NCBI GenBank assembly: GCA_977017645.1
Contig: OZ360220.1
Coordinates: 311,240,001-311,304,000, forward strand
Origin: Torpedo marmorata
Lineage: Eukaryota
DNA: 64,000 nucleotides
Reading direction: 5' to 3'
A program made the position numbers and the translations under genes. Shown here piece by piece: positions 13,906-26,959 of this stretch (positions within the stretch are counted from its first letter, which is position 1; each line of letters starts with the position of its first letter). The notes under the pieces were generated by a model. The model did no database searches. It was not told the origin of the DNA and saw nothing but the letters and a program-made list of their open reading frames with translations.

Positions 13906-14017
13906 CTGAATTAAATCCAAAATTCCCAGTTCGCTCTCTGAGGAATCCACACAAAAGACAAAATACAAAGTTGCATAATGTCTGTAAATGAGTTTATTGT
14001 CGGCTCCCCCAATTAAC
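13906..14017 (-). CDS. AP3S1: AP-3 complex subunit sigma-1, coding exon 3
   Basis: tttcag|G TTA ATT...ATT CAG|gtatgt, 112 bp, encoding LIGGADNKLIYRHYATLYFVFCVDSSESELGILDLIQ. Phase matches exon 2. Confidence 0.96.
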
Positions 14018-14117
14018 CTGAAACAAACAAAAATCACCAAAAACGCAATACAAATTACAATCACACCACAAAAGCAACTAAATTTTACTACATGCAATAT
14101 CTACATATTCTTTAAAT

Positions 14118-14302
14118 GGGGAGCGCAATGGTATAACTAGGAGAGCTACTGCCCCACAGCAACAGAGATCTAGGTTCAATCCAGATCTCAGGTACTCTGT
14201 GCAGAATTTGCAAGTTCTCACCGTGACCATGTGGGTTACCTCAGTATGCTCCAGTTTCCTCCCACGTCACAAAGACGTGCAGGTTGGTAGGTCAATTGGC
14301 CC
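14118..14302 (+). mobile_element. Degenerate tRNA-derived V-SINE/HE1-like SINE
   Basis: B-box-like GGTTCAATCC and the core TTTGCAAGTTCTCACCGTGACCATGTGGGTT, shared with 18885-19130. Confidence 0.65.
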
Positions 14303-16550
14303 CAATAGAACCACAGAACATTACTGCACAGAAACAGGGCCCTTCGACCCTTCTAGTCTGTGCCAAACCATTTTTTTGACTAGTCCCACTGACCTGCACA
14401 CAGTCCATAGCCCTCCATACCTCTCCCATCCATGTACCTGTCCAAATTCTTCTTAAATGTTAAAATCGAGCCCGCATTCACCACTACAGTTGGCAGTTCG
14501 ATCCACACTCCCACCACTCTCTGTGTGAAGAGGTTCCCCCTCATGTTCCCCCTAAACTTTTCCCCCTTCACTCTTAAACCATGTCCTCTGGTTTGTATCT
14601 CACCTACCCTCAGTGGAAAAAGCCTACCTACATTTACTCTGTCTATCCCCCTCATCCCCTCACAATTTTAAATACCTCTATCAAATCTCCCCTCATTCTT
14701 CTATGCTGCAGGGAATAAAGGCCTAACCTATTTAATCTTTCCCTGTAACTCAGTTCCTTAAGAATCAGAATTTATTGTCATGAACAAGTCATGAAATTCG
14801 GTGTTTTGCGGCAGCATCATAGTGCAAACATTCATATTATAACCATCTTACGACATTACTATAAAAATATATATAAATAATAGTGCACAAAAAGGCAGTG
14901 TCATTGGTTCATTGATTATTCAGGAATCTGATGGCAGCGGGGAAGAAACTGTCCTTGTGCCGTTGAGTGCTTGACTTTAGGCTCCTGTGAGGACAGATGC
15001 TGCTTTTTTAAGACACCGTCTCGTGTAGATGTCCTCGATGGAGTGAAGCCTGGTGCCTGTGATGTCACAGGCCGAGTTAACAACCCTCTGGAGTTTATTC
15101 TTGTCCTGAGAGTAGGCGCCTCCATACCAGGCAGTGATGCAACCAGCCAGAATGCTCTCCACGGTACACCCGTAGAGGTTTACGAGAGTCCTCGGTGACA
15201 TACTGAATCTCCTCAGACACCTCACAAAGTATAGCCGCTGGCGAGACTTCTTTGTGATTGCATCAACGTGGATGCTCCAGGACAGATCCTCGGAGATGTT
15301 GACACCCAGGAATTTGAAGTTCTTGACCCTCTCCACTACAGAGCCCTTGATGAGGACTGGGTCGTGTTCCCCTGACTTCCTCCTGAAGTCCACAATCATC
15401 TCCTTGGTTTTGCTGACGTTGAGCGCAAGGTTGTTGTCATTACACCATTCAACGAGCTGATCTTTCTCCCTCCTGTACGCTTTCTCATTGCCGTTTGTGA
15501 TTCTGCCGACAACTGTGGTGTCATCGGCAAACTTGTATATGGCATTGGAATTGTGCCTGGCCACAGTCATGGGTGCATAACGAGTAGAGCAGTGGGCTAA
15601 GCACGCATCCTTGGGGTGCGCCTGTGTTGATAATCAGTGAGGACGAGACGTTGTTTCTAATTCGTACTGAGAAAGTCAAGGATCCAGTTGCAGAGGAGGG
15701 TACAGAGGCCTAGAGTTTGTAGCTTCTTGACCAGCACTGAGGGAATAATGGTATTGAAGGCCGAGCTGTGGACGATGAAGAGCAGCCGTATGTATGAATT
15801 GCTGTTTTCGAGGTGATTCAGAGCTGAGTGGAGAGCCAGCGATATTGCATCTGCTGTGAAGCGATTGTAACGATAGGTGAAAGTCCGGGCAACATCCTAG
15901 TAAATCTTCTCTGCACCCTTTCTATCTTATTGATATCTTTCCTGTAGTTAGGTGACAAAACCTGCACACAAAACTCCAAATTAGGCCTCACCAATGTCTT
16001 ATACAACTTTGCCAAAACATCTGTACTCAATACTTTGATTTATGAAGGCCAATATGCCAAAAGTTCTCTTTACAACCCTATCCACCTGTGACACCACTTT
16101 CAGGGAATTATGTATCTGTATTCCCAGATCCCTCTGTTCTACCGCACTCCTCAGTGCCCTACCATTTACAGTGTATGTCCTTTCTTGGTTTGTCCTTCCA
16201 AAATGCAACACCTCACACTTGTCTGCATTAAATTCCATCTGCCAATTTTCAGCCCATTTTTTCAGCTGGTCCAGATCCTTCTGCAAGCTTTGAAAAGCTT
16301 TTTTGCTGTCCACAACGCCTCCAATCTTAGTATCACCTGCAAACTTGCTGATCCAATTTACCACATTATCATCCAGATCATTGATATAGATGATATAGAT
16401 GTCCCAGCACCGATCCCTGAGGCACACCACTAGTCACAGGCCTCTAGTCTGAGAAGCAATTATCCACCACTACTGTCTGGCTTCTCCCATCCAGCCATTG
16501 TTGAATCTAGTTCACTACTTCACCATGAATACCTAGCGTCTGAACCTTCC
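14303..16550 (-). mobile_element. CR1 3' portion, interrupted by a Rex1/Babar fragment
   Basis: IYINDLD...KFAGDTKIGG, LVRPNLEFCVQ, TRGHGLR...FTQRVV. Confidence 0.85.
14761..15876 (-). mobile_element. Rex1/Babar-clade LINE 3' fragment
   Basis: KFADDTTVVG, LNVSKTKEMIVDFR, KSRQRLYFVR; tail CATGACAATAAATTCTGATTCT. Confidence 0.85.
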
Positions 16551-17269
16551 TGTGGGGGTATGTTGTAGAATCAAATGAGAATGGGGTAGAATTGACAAAA
16601 ATGTATCAGCATAGTCTGAGTGTAAATAGGTGGATGATGTCGGTGTGACTCAGTGTGTTGAAGGCATGTCTCACTGACTCGATTTTAAAATGGTGCAATA
16701 CAAGACTGGTGCTTTGGTTGAAAGGTGAGAAATGGCACAGATCACCAGTGTATATTTTATATGGAAAGGCAACATTCTGACCTCCAATTCTACAGTGTAT
16801 ATCATGCCCTGTCCTATTGCATTTTCTATTTTTCCCAAACAGAAAATACATATCTCTAATGCTTTTGCATTGCCATTGGATAACACATTTGAGACAGGTA
16901 GACCACAAAGATCAATCTTGCTGATAGGATGGTTCAATTATCATCTTTGTCTCGCACAGCAATCCTACAAGACACATACACCCTTGTAAAACAAAATAGA
17001 AGTGTAAAACGCATAACCACTTTAAAACCTCCGTCTTGGAAAAGGTCATGATAAAATTAACTTTGATGCTTTTAATGGAAAAAATCCATCAGTTCATCTT
17101 ACAGTTATGAGAAATTCAGTTAACACAATGAAACACAATATTCAGACTGGTTTTAAACTTTGAGCAGTTACACTGTATCAGTTTTCACTGGTATTCCACA
17201 CATTATTTGTGTTATTTGATTTGTGAAATCCTTACACTGTTCTTTTGTAAGAACACTAAAAATACTTAC

Positions 17270-17361
17270 ATGCCTCCTTCCAAGAAATTACAGACATTTT
17301 CATCTCTTTTTGACACCAAGTGGAATGTCTCCCTTATAATTTGTTGTTGTGTGTCTTCACT
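17270..17361 (-). CDS. AP3S1: AP-3 complex subunit sigma-1, coding exon 2
   Basis: tttacag|AGT GAA GAC...GGA GGC AT|gtaagt, 92 bp, encoding SEDTQQQIIRETFHLVSKRDENVCNFLEGG. Too short to appear in the ORF track. Confidence 0.96.
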
Positions 17362-18634
17362 CTGTAAATGAGTACAGACTCATTTATATTTTAAAGCAAC
17401 TGTCCTCACATAAAACGCTAGCAACTTAAAAAAAACCAAATCAGACACTTGTAAATGCAAACCATGGTGTTAAACAACAGCAACACCTTTTTATATGTAG
17501 CAAAGCAGCATTTGTTTGATATAGATTGGGGAAGAAGCCAAGAAGTGTAGGGTGTATGGTAAGAAAACTATAGCGAAACATCCAACTAAATGGATGCCAA
17601 ACTAAAACAAGCCCATTTTGCACTCAATGACACCAGCTTTGCTTTATGACAGTGTCAAAACTTGCAAAATTTTGAAGTGGAATGGAGACAAATATTCCAA
17701 TTTGAATAGGTTCAAAGAGATTTAAAAAAATAAATTTCTGGAAATAATGCATGTTCAAATTAGCCTGAAATACACGCATTCTGTATGGCCCCAAACATCC
17801 ACGTGTACAAGTAGGAAATACGTTACAAGGGTTTAAATAAAAAAGGCAACAACATTCCTGGATTTTTTCTCTGCTCAGGAAACTAACCAATGTTTGTATT
17901 TTATATCTCAATCAGATAGATGAATGATACCAACTCTTAAATCGTATTTTTGTCTAACTGGGTTTTCCCAGAGGTAACCCTAATAAATGCATGACTTTTA
18001 AAAATATGCTCACTACTTGTATTTTAGTTGGAGTATTTAATGATGTCTATTGTATTGCTAATTAAGAATATGCTCGTAGTCACCCCCACCCACCCTCAAC
18101 TAATTTCCAGCTGAATGAAAAATAAAAAAAATCTGCAGATGCTGGGAATATAAAACAAAAATGGAAAATGCCAGTAGTAAATCAACAGGTCGGCCTGCAT
18201 CTGTGGAAAGTGAAACAGACGCAGTTTTTCAGGAAACTGTACAACCTGTCCTCCTGCTCTGTATGTTGCAAATCACACATTCTTTTGTCTGTGTTCTCGA
18301 TCTCTAACCACTCCAATTCACTCATTGGCAAGATAACCTTATTTACAACTTACCCTCATGGGCACACCAGTTTCACCCTCAGAGACGTTCCCGCCCCACC
18401 CTCCCTGCAGTTTTACCAGATTCCTTTTGCATCTTTTTCAGTTCTGACAAAGGATCTTCAACCTGAAATGTTGGTCAGGGAACAAACTCCCAGCTTCCTT
18501 TCTAATCATTTTGGGTATAATTTTAAGCAGTACTTGCAATTTCTTTTGAGAAGTTTGTCCCTCAAGTCCTCTATATTCCCCCTGTGCCATAAAAACTCTC
18601 ACCAAAATAGCTAGACAACTTTTCTCTTTATGGT

Positions 18635-18712
18635 AAACGTTTCATTATTGTCACGTAATACTACATTTAGAATGTAATATACATGAAATTCTTTAATTTT
18701 TATCTACAAGGG
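18635..18712 (-). mobile_element. 3' tail fragment of the 5S-derived SINE family
   Basis: Reverse complement closely matches 39607-39684. Confidence 0.7.
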
Positions 18713-18884
18713 TAGTTTAAAAATAGACAGTACTGTTACAATTGTAGAGTACTGGTGAGGCCACACCAGCAGAACTGTGCAAAATTTTGGTGCCCTTATT
18801 TAAGAAAGAATATTCTGGCTTTGGAGGCCGTACAAAATATATTTACTCGATTACGGTAATTCCTGGGATGAGAGTTGTTCTATC

Positions 18885-19130
18885 ACGGTTGGCGTAGCAG
18901 TTAGCGTAACACCTTTACAGCGCCAGCGATCGAGACCGGACCTGGATTCGAATCCCGCGCTGTCTGTAAGAGTTTGTACGTTCTCCCCGTGTCTGCATGG
19001 GTTTTCTCCGGGGGCTCCAGTTTCCTCCCACCTTTCAAAATGTACCGGGGGTGTAGGTTAATGGGGTGTAAATTGGGTGGCACGAACTCGTAGGGCCGAA
19101 ATGGCCTGTTACAGTGCTGTATGTCTAAAT
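18885..19130 (+). mobile_element. tRNA-derived V-SINE/HE1-like SINE inside a decayed CR1 3' fragment
   Basis: A box TGGCGTAGCAG, B box GGATTCGAATCC, core GTTTGTACGTTCTCCCCGTGTCTGCATGGG. Confidence 0.8.
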
Positions 19131-19734
19131 TTTAAATTTTAAAAAATCACAAGCAGCTAAAGAAATTGAATCTATAATCTTTGAAATTTACGAGAATAAG
19201 AGGTAATCTTTGTGAAACATTTAAAATCCTTAGGGGACTTGGTAAATGTTGAGACTTTTCCACCAGAGGGGAAAAAAATCTCAAACAAGGAAACTTATTT
19301 ACAAGAGTACGGGACAGTCATTTAAAACGGAGGTGTGTAGAAACTTTTACCCAAATCTTTTACTGTTAAGATTATGGAGGCTAGATTATTGGGGGTTATT
19401 TAAAGTGAAAGTAGATTTTTTTAAAAAGATCAGGAAATTCAGAGCTTTAAGAAACTCACTCAGAAGAGGCCTGGGCAGATCAGTCTTCGTCATATTTAAT
19501 GACAAGGCAGGCTTGAGAAGCTAGAAGGCCTACTTATACCCCTAATTTTCTTATATTTTTATCTTTCAACTTTCAAATTCACAATTTAATCAGAGGTGTA
19601 CTGCAAGACAAAAGGCCCGTTGGCCAATTTGTCCACACCAACCTTGTTGTCTACCCAAGCTAGTCCCAATTGCATGCATCCTCCCCATATTCCTCTAAAC
19701 TTACCCACTTCAAGTTGCATTTTGCTGAAACAGG

Positions 19735-20975
19735 TTCATGTCAGATGCTATCTCCCTGGCCCTAAACTCAGCCCTTGAACACGTGGACAACAAGGACACC
19801 TACATCAGACCATCATTTATTGACTACAACTCCACTTTCAACACAATAGTACCAAACAAATTAACCCCAAAGCTGCATGACCTTGGTCTCAGCAATCCTC
19901 TTAGCAACTGGATCCTTGACTTTCCATTCTACAGACCACTATCAGTGAGGATTAGTGACAGCACCCTTCCATGATCATGCTCAACACAGGGGCATCACAA
20001 GGCTGTGTACTCTGTCCCCTACCTCTGTACATCCACGACTGTGTGGCCCAATACAGCGCCAATGTAGTGTGGACTGTGGAGGGTCATGTGACCTTTCCGA
20101 CTGGAACCTGGTCGGAATGTGGATTGCGGAGGGTTATGTGGCCTCTCCGGCTGGAATCTAGTCCAAAGTCACCTCACCTGCCAATCAAGGGTTAGATCTG
20201 CCCACCTGTGAGACTGATGTGTGATTGGTCCCCCAGGTGCCAATCAATGGTTAGATCTGCCCAGAAGTGAGGCTGACGCGCGATTGGTCCTCGCAGGTCA
20301 CGTGGACGGGCCCTGTATTGAAAATGCCGAGCACGTGGAGTCTTGCTCTCTCTGCTTTTTTGGTGCTGCCTCAAGACCATTGCTGAAGTCCTGGCTGTCG
20401 GCCACGGCCGGGCACTGGAGGGCCGACTGCAATGGGCCCGTCCCAGATCCCGAGCTGTGGTCGATGCTGGAAACCAGGTTCATTTGATATACTTGTTAGT
20501 TGTAATTAATTTACTGTTCATTAATGTGCTGTACCTGTGGGTGGATGGGCATTGTGTGTTTAACCCTTGCATTCTCAATCGGGAGTGGCGAATGTTTAGC
20601 AGCGATTTATTTACACCAGATGTGTAGTTATTTGTGTATTATCCTGGGTTAGTCTGCGAGTGTGTGCTCTTTTGCGAGTTCCCCTATGCATAAATAAAGA
20701 CCACTGTTTGTTGATAACACGTGTGCAACCTTGATTCTCTCTGAGCCCATCGTACCTATTCTTGAACACAACAGCCTCTATAAAGTTGCAGGTGACACCA
20801 GTGTCGTAGGCAAGATCTCTAACAATGACAAGGTAAAGTATAGAATAGATATAGAGAGGCTGATGGCTTGGTGCCAGAAAAACAAACTCTCCCTCAATGT
20901 CAGCAAGACCAAGGAGTTGGTTATAAACCTCCGGAAGGGCAGAGCTCACTCCCCAGTCCACTTCAATGGTGCTGA
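19735..20975 (+). mobile_element. Decayed Rex1/Babar fragment split by a solo LTR
   Basis: DAISLAL...FIDYNSTFNTI, TGASQGCVL, resuming after 20773 as YKVAGDTSVVG...LNVSKTKEL. Confidence 0.75.
20063..20773 (+). repeat. Solo LTR (about 710 bp)
   Basis: TGTAGTG...CACAACA termini; about 62-bp direct repeat with CCAAT boxes at about 20175-20297; AATAAA at 20693. It interrupts a LINE ORF. No clear TSD. Confidence 0.7.
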
Positions 20976-22259
20976 GCTAGCAAAACCTGCACTTATCAAG
21001 TTAAATTCCATTTGCATGTCTTGGGCCACATTCCCAGTTCATTTATATCCTGCTGTAATCTCAGCTAACCTTATTAAATATTGACATCAATGCTCAGCCT
21101 ACTTTCTTACTGATTACAAAGAGATTCGCCGACCCTAGGACTCCAAAAATAATTCATCAATTATGCAAGCGAGTGAGCAGAGTTGGTATGGAGATAGATA
21201 TACATGAATACATTTACATTGGTTCTATGATTACATCAGAGGAAACAGTACATTTTGAAATACTGCAATGGAAATAGAGAAAAGAGTCAAAAATTACCTG
21301 AACACATGCAAGATTTAAACTTAAGCCTTCATTCTGCTTTTTGATCAGTTTACACATTACAAAATACCTAATATCTTAAAAAGATTGAGAAACATAAATA
21401 AGAGGGACAAAAGTTCTCAATTATTTCAATAGCAGGAGTTGGATATGTCATTGACAGATTTATTTCATACCTCTGGAAACTCCCATATCTTTTTGGTCAA
21501 GGAATGGAAACACAACAATTGAGGGATTCTTTAAAAGGGGATAAATAATTGTCCTTTTCAGGTCATCACTAAAATCTAATAATCAAAATGTATGGTAGAT
21601 TGGTCAATGGCACCTTTTCAAAAAATACAGATACAAAGACATATGGACTTGCATAAATATTCTCAGAAATAGTCACATTCAAGCACCTCTTTTTTCTTTA
21701 ATTACTAAGGATGATATATACCTGGGCAACTAAACTGGAATTAATGGTCGCTTCAGTTTGCCATCACAAAATATAGTGAAATCATCTGAGAAATTATTTG
21801 ACACATTATGTTTAAACAATGTTTAATGTTTTATAGCATCTTCAATGTGGTAAATCATCCTCAGGAATTTCACAGAAACGCTAACAATACATTTAACTCC
21901 TCACCACACAAGGAGAATAGCAACAAGTAGGTTTGAAACAGCTTAAAAGAGGTAGAAAAACAGTTTTAAGGAGAGATTTGCAGACATTACAAGATTAGGT
22001 AGTTAGGTATAGGCACAACCAGCAAAAAGAACAAAGTCAGGGACATGTAAAAGGTCAAAATTCAGAAAAAAAATCTGCTGTCTCTTGTCCCGCCACAGAT
22101 CCTTCCTGTGACTGAAATTTAAAGGAAGACCACAAAGAGATTTGAAATTAAAAAACAGAATTTTAAAGTCATGAGAAGGGTGATAGGGCACGTTCTGATA
22201 TGAGCAGTAGAGTTTTGGAGGAGCAGAAATTTGAGGTGAAAAAGGCTAGACAGAGAGGA

Positions 22260-24092
22260 TCAGTGAAACACGAAAGTCTGCAGATGCTGTGATTGCAGTA
22301 AAAACACACCGAAATGCTGGAGGAACTCAGCCGGTCTTTCAGCGTCCATAGGAGACAAAGATATATTGCCAACGTTTCGGGCCTGAGCCCTTCTTCAAGG
22401 AATAAGCAGAATGAGCAAAAAACATGAAATCTCAGAATACAGACAATGCTGGTTGGGGAGGAATCCAGACAAACAAAAGGTGTTAATTGGATAAGATAAG
22501 AGAGGTGAGAATTGATAACTGTGCAAAAGGAGATAGGGAAAAGGGAGAGTGAGCTGGGACAAGGCATGCCTAGAAGTTGAGAAAAAAGTATCAATAAAAA
22601 TCTAAATTTCTCTTGGAAAGAGAGAATAAAAAAAACAAAGAAATGGATTTAAAATGTAAGCACGCAGATTAGAAATTAGAAAATGCATAACGTCGTGAGC
22701 ACTCCATCCTAATTAACCATGTGCACAGTGATTTAGTGAAGGCCTTCCCAGTTCTCCAATTGAGACATAAACCTAATTGGAAGGATTTAAATATGGGTTG
22801 CAGAAAAGTGGAAACTTCTTTGATATAACATTCGCACTTTGGAGAGGAAAATGAGAAGAACTAAAACACAAGACCTGCAAAGGAACCATTGTATCCAGTA
22901 AAATCACAAAAAGTGCTGGAGGAACTCAGCAGGTCACGCAGCATCCATAGGAAGTAAAGATATATAACCAACGTTTTGGGACAGATCTTCTTTGAGGTAT
23001 GAGCAAAAAGCAGCCAGGCGCCCTAATAAAAAGGCTGGGGAGGAGGGAAGAAAGGGCAGGGGGAAGAGCAGAGGCCAACAGGCAAAATGCCATAAATGGA
23101 CACGAATAGAAGAAGAGAGGAAAGGTGAGAATTGATCGGGAAGGGAGGTGGCTCTGTGAATGCAAAACTGGAGGAAATGAGAGGACAGAAGGAGAGGAAA
23201 AGATATTGATACAGCTTAAGTAAAGGAGAAATAAGGATGGGAGAGTGACAGGGGTGGGTGTGGGGGAGGTGGCTAACGCAAACCGGATGTTAATAACCTC
23301 TGGTTGGAGGGTGCCCAGATGTAATACAAGGTGTTGTTCCTCCAATTTGTGGGTGGTCTCAGTCTGGCAGTGCATAAGACCATAGACAGAGATGTCAACA
23401 TTGTATCCAGACTAGTTCTTAACTATCATTCGGGGCCCAAAACAGTCCTTCCAAGTGAAGCAACACTTTACTTGTGAATCTGCGGGAGTCATCTACTGCA
23501 TCTGGTGCTCCCGTTGTGGCCTTCCCAACATCAGAGACTGGATGCAAACTGGGAGATCGCTTCACTGAGCACCTTCGCTCTGTCCACATCAATGACAGGG
23601 AAATCCCAGTGGCCAACCATTTCAATTCTGCGCCCCACTCCCACGCTGACATGTCTGTCCATGGCCTCGTAACTGCCAAACCAAGCCCACCTGTAAATTG
23701 GAGGAGCAACACCTAATATTATGTCTGGGCACTCTCCAACTGAATGGCATTAACAATGACTTCTGTTCTTTGCTAGCCTACTCCTCGTTCTCCCCTATGT
23801 CTCCTTTCCTCCAGCTTTACACCCACTTCCCTCTCCGTTCACAGAGCTATTCCCCTCCCTGTTTTCTCATGTCCTCCCTTCCTTAATCACATATTACCCC
23901 TTGCCTGTGGGCCTGTGCTCCTCCCCCACCCCGCACGATTTTGCTCATACCTTGGTGAAGGGCTCAAGCCCGAAACGTTGGTTATCTATCTTTATCTTTG
24001 CTATATAAAGTACGCTGTTTGACCTGCTGAGTTTCTCCAGCATTGTGTTTTTACTTCAATCACTGCATCTGCAGACTTGCGTGTTTTACTCT
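22260..24092. mobile_element. Penelope-like element 3'/pseudo-LTR fragments (22260-22560 minus, 22860-23400 minus, 23415-24092 plus)
   Basis: GIY-YIG remnant FTCES.GVIYCIWCSRC...ETGCKLGDRFTEHLRS, and hammerhead-like TGAAGAAGGG...CCCGAAACG motifs. Confidence 0.75.
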
Positions 24093-26023
24093 AGTTTTCA
24101 ATTGCATCTGCTTAAAAACTAGTACAAATACCGCAGGCCAAATGGCTTTCTTTGCTGAAACTTCAATGGATCTGTTTTACGACCAACATCTTCAAATACA
24201 TTTTAGTGGCAACAATGCATTCTTCAGTAGAAGGGATTTGATATCTCCATTAACAAATCTGCAATCCAATTATAAGTATCATCATGCATAATCAAGGGTT
24301 GAAGGTACTTGTAAAGTAATGGAAGCAAGTCAAGGTCACTGTGAATCAGTTTTTCTATAATATACACGAAACAAGAAGTGGCTTGTGATCAATATATTGG
24401 CTTAGATCAAATGTTTTTATCCATTAATAAACAACTATAAAATGCTAGATTAAAGATGAAAACAAAGTAAAATGTAAAAATAATCCTTATCAGAATATTT
24501 CTGTTGTTCAAATATTGTCGACAGGTGTGTTTAATGGATTCTCAGCAATATTCAGTGCCTTAAAATGTACTGAACTGATTCAAAAGGTCTTAAAAGTTAG
24601 AGAACAGATTTTATATACTGTAGTTAAATGCAGCAAAATTCTACATAGAATGTCAAAAATATTAACATAAAATTAAAGTCTTTTGCCTTTCAAGTCTAAA
24701 AGGCATTTCAGAGAATACAGCACTTTATCAGACAAACACAGCAAATAATTGGCCAGTTCTTTAGCACGTTTGAGAGCAGCAAGATACCTCACGTGGAGAA
24801 GAATGAACTACAACAGATTGAAAACATATTGTACCAAAAATCAACCTATTATTCAACTTTCGGCAGTATAGCATACTAAAAGTGTTAATGCAAAGTAATA
24901 TAATGCTGACTTTTGAAACCTGATAAACCAAAATGCAAAAATACTCAGGGCAGGCTGCAGTATGCTGTCTAGGGCTCCAAAGACATCTTCATAGCGAATT
25001 CACAATGTACTTGTAGCCCTATCAATTTTGAGCATTTGCTGTTCACTTTGTGGGCAAATACAAGCTACCAGGCATGGGGGAAGGCACTTTGCAGCATATC
25101 TGAATTCTGAAAGTCCAAGACCTCCGACTCTGACAAGATTCCAAATGAGCTCAACAACATCTTATCCTTGAGGAGCACTTTTAACAAACTAATGCAAATA
25201 AATCTGAGCAGGAGCAGCTCTAAAGCCCCAACAGCATGCTCTTCCATTCAATAAGATCACAATTGATCTTATCTTACCTTCCGTTACAACTTCCTGACAC
25301 CTCTTGATCCTTTATTGATTAAACTTCTGCCCATCTTAGCTTTGGATGCACCAATTGGGAGGTAGTTAAAGCCAAAGACTTGCAATATTCAAAGATTTTT
25401 CTTAGCCAGGTTTTAAGTAGGCAATCTCTTACTCTGAAGGAGGGGGAGAAATTGTTAATGTCTCGCATTGACACCCTGCATCAGGACTGAGAATGGAGAG
25501 GGACGATAGCCAATATAAAAGAGGTGAGTAGGAAGAATAAGAAAGTGGCTCGTGGGTGGTAGGTGGAGCAATGAGTGGTGAAGGATTCTGTGTTCGAGTA
25601 CTTCAGAGCACTATCCAAGTTCAACCATCTTAAACTGACGATTCAAATTATTTTTTCCATCATTTGATAAAATAGGGAGATATTTTAAAATTGTAAAATT
25701 GTTTAAATAGGGAGCTTTTTCGGGCCTAGGTCTTTTCAATTGCTTTGGAGTGTTGGAGTTACAGGAGCGACTGGTGACTGGTGCTTCGTGAGTAAGTATT
25801 TTTGGAGTTGTAAAATTGTTTACAAAGGGAGCTTTTTCGGGCCTAGGGCTAGGTTAAGTGGTGATTAGTAGTAGTAAGAAATTGGGTATTAGAGTTAATT
25901 AGCAGTGACCTATAAAAGGAAGGGAAGTGAGTGAGTGGCATAGGGAAGGGGTGGAGCTCTGAGGAAGTACTACCGGTAAGGTTAAGTTTATTCCTATTTA
26001 ATCTAGTGTAGTTAAGAGGGGTT

Positions 26024-26933
26024 ATGGAGGCAGTTGGGTTAGTCATGTGTTCTGAATGCAGGATGTGGGAGGTCAGGGACATCACGAATGTTCATGATGA
26101 CCACACCTGCAAAAGGTGCATCCAGATGCAACTCCTGCAAGACCATGTTAGGGAACTGGAGTTGCAGCTGGATGAACTTCGGATCATGAGGGAGGCAGAG
26201 GTAGTCATAGACAGGAGTTTCAGGGAGACAGTCACCCCAAATAGACAGGAGTCAGCTAACTGGGTGACTGTGAGGAAAGGGAAGGGGGGAGACAGACAGT
26301 GCAGGGAACCCCTGTGGCCATTCCCCTCAATAATAAGTAAACTGTTTTGGATACTGTCGCGGGGGTCAGGTCTCTGGCACGGGGGATGGCCCCTCGGCTC
26401 AGAAGGGAAGGGGGGAAAAGAGGAGAGCTTTTGTAATTGGGACTCGCTGGTTAGAGGAACAGATAGAAGGTTTGCTGGACGAGATCGTAGCTCCCGGTTG
26501 GTATGTTGCCTTCCAGGTGCCAGGGTCAGGGATGTTTCTGATCGAGTACTCAGCATTCTGGAGGGGGAGGGTGACCAGCCAGGTGTCGTGGTCCACGTAG
26601 GGACCAATGACATAGAAAGAAATGGGGATGAGGTCCTGAAGAAGGAATATAAGGAGTTAGGAAGGAAGTTTAAAAAGCAGGACCTCGAGGGTGGTAATCT
26701 CAGGATTGCTGCCTGTGCCATGCGCTAGAGAGGGTAGAAATAGGAAGATGTGGAGGATGAATGCGTGGCTAAAGAGTTGGTGCTGGGGGCAGGGGTTTAC
26801 ATTTGTGGATCATTGGGATCTCTTCTGGGGAAGGTCTGACCTGTACAAAAGGGACGGGCTGCACTTGAACTGGAGGGGGACCAATATCCTGGCAGGCAGG
26901 TTTGCTAGAGCTGTTGGGGAGGGTTTAAACTAG
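26024..26933 (+). pseudogene. CR1 ORF1 (zinc finger, coiled coil, SGNH esterase), frameshifted
   Basis: CSECRMW...CKRC, DSLVR, CLPGA, VHVGTND, DGLHL. Confidence 0.88.
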
Positions 26934-26959
26934 TTTGGCAGGGGGGTGGGAATCAGAAT

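Noticed and set aside
25065-25080. CAGGCATGGGGG (QAWG), resembling the ATG12 C-terminus
   Set aside because: Flanking codons do not match and there is no stop after G; chance match.
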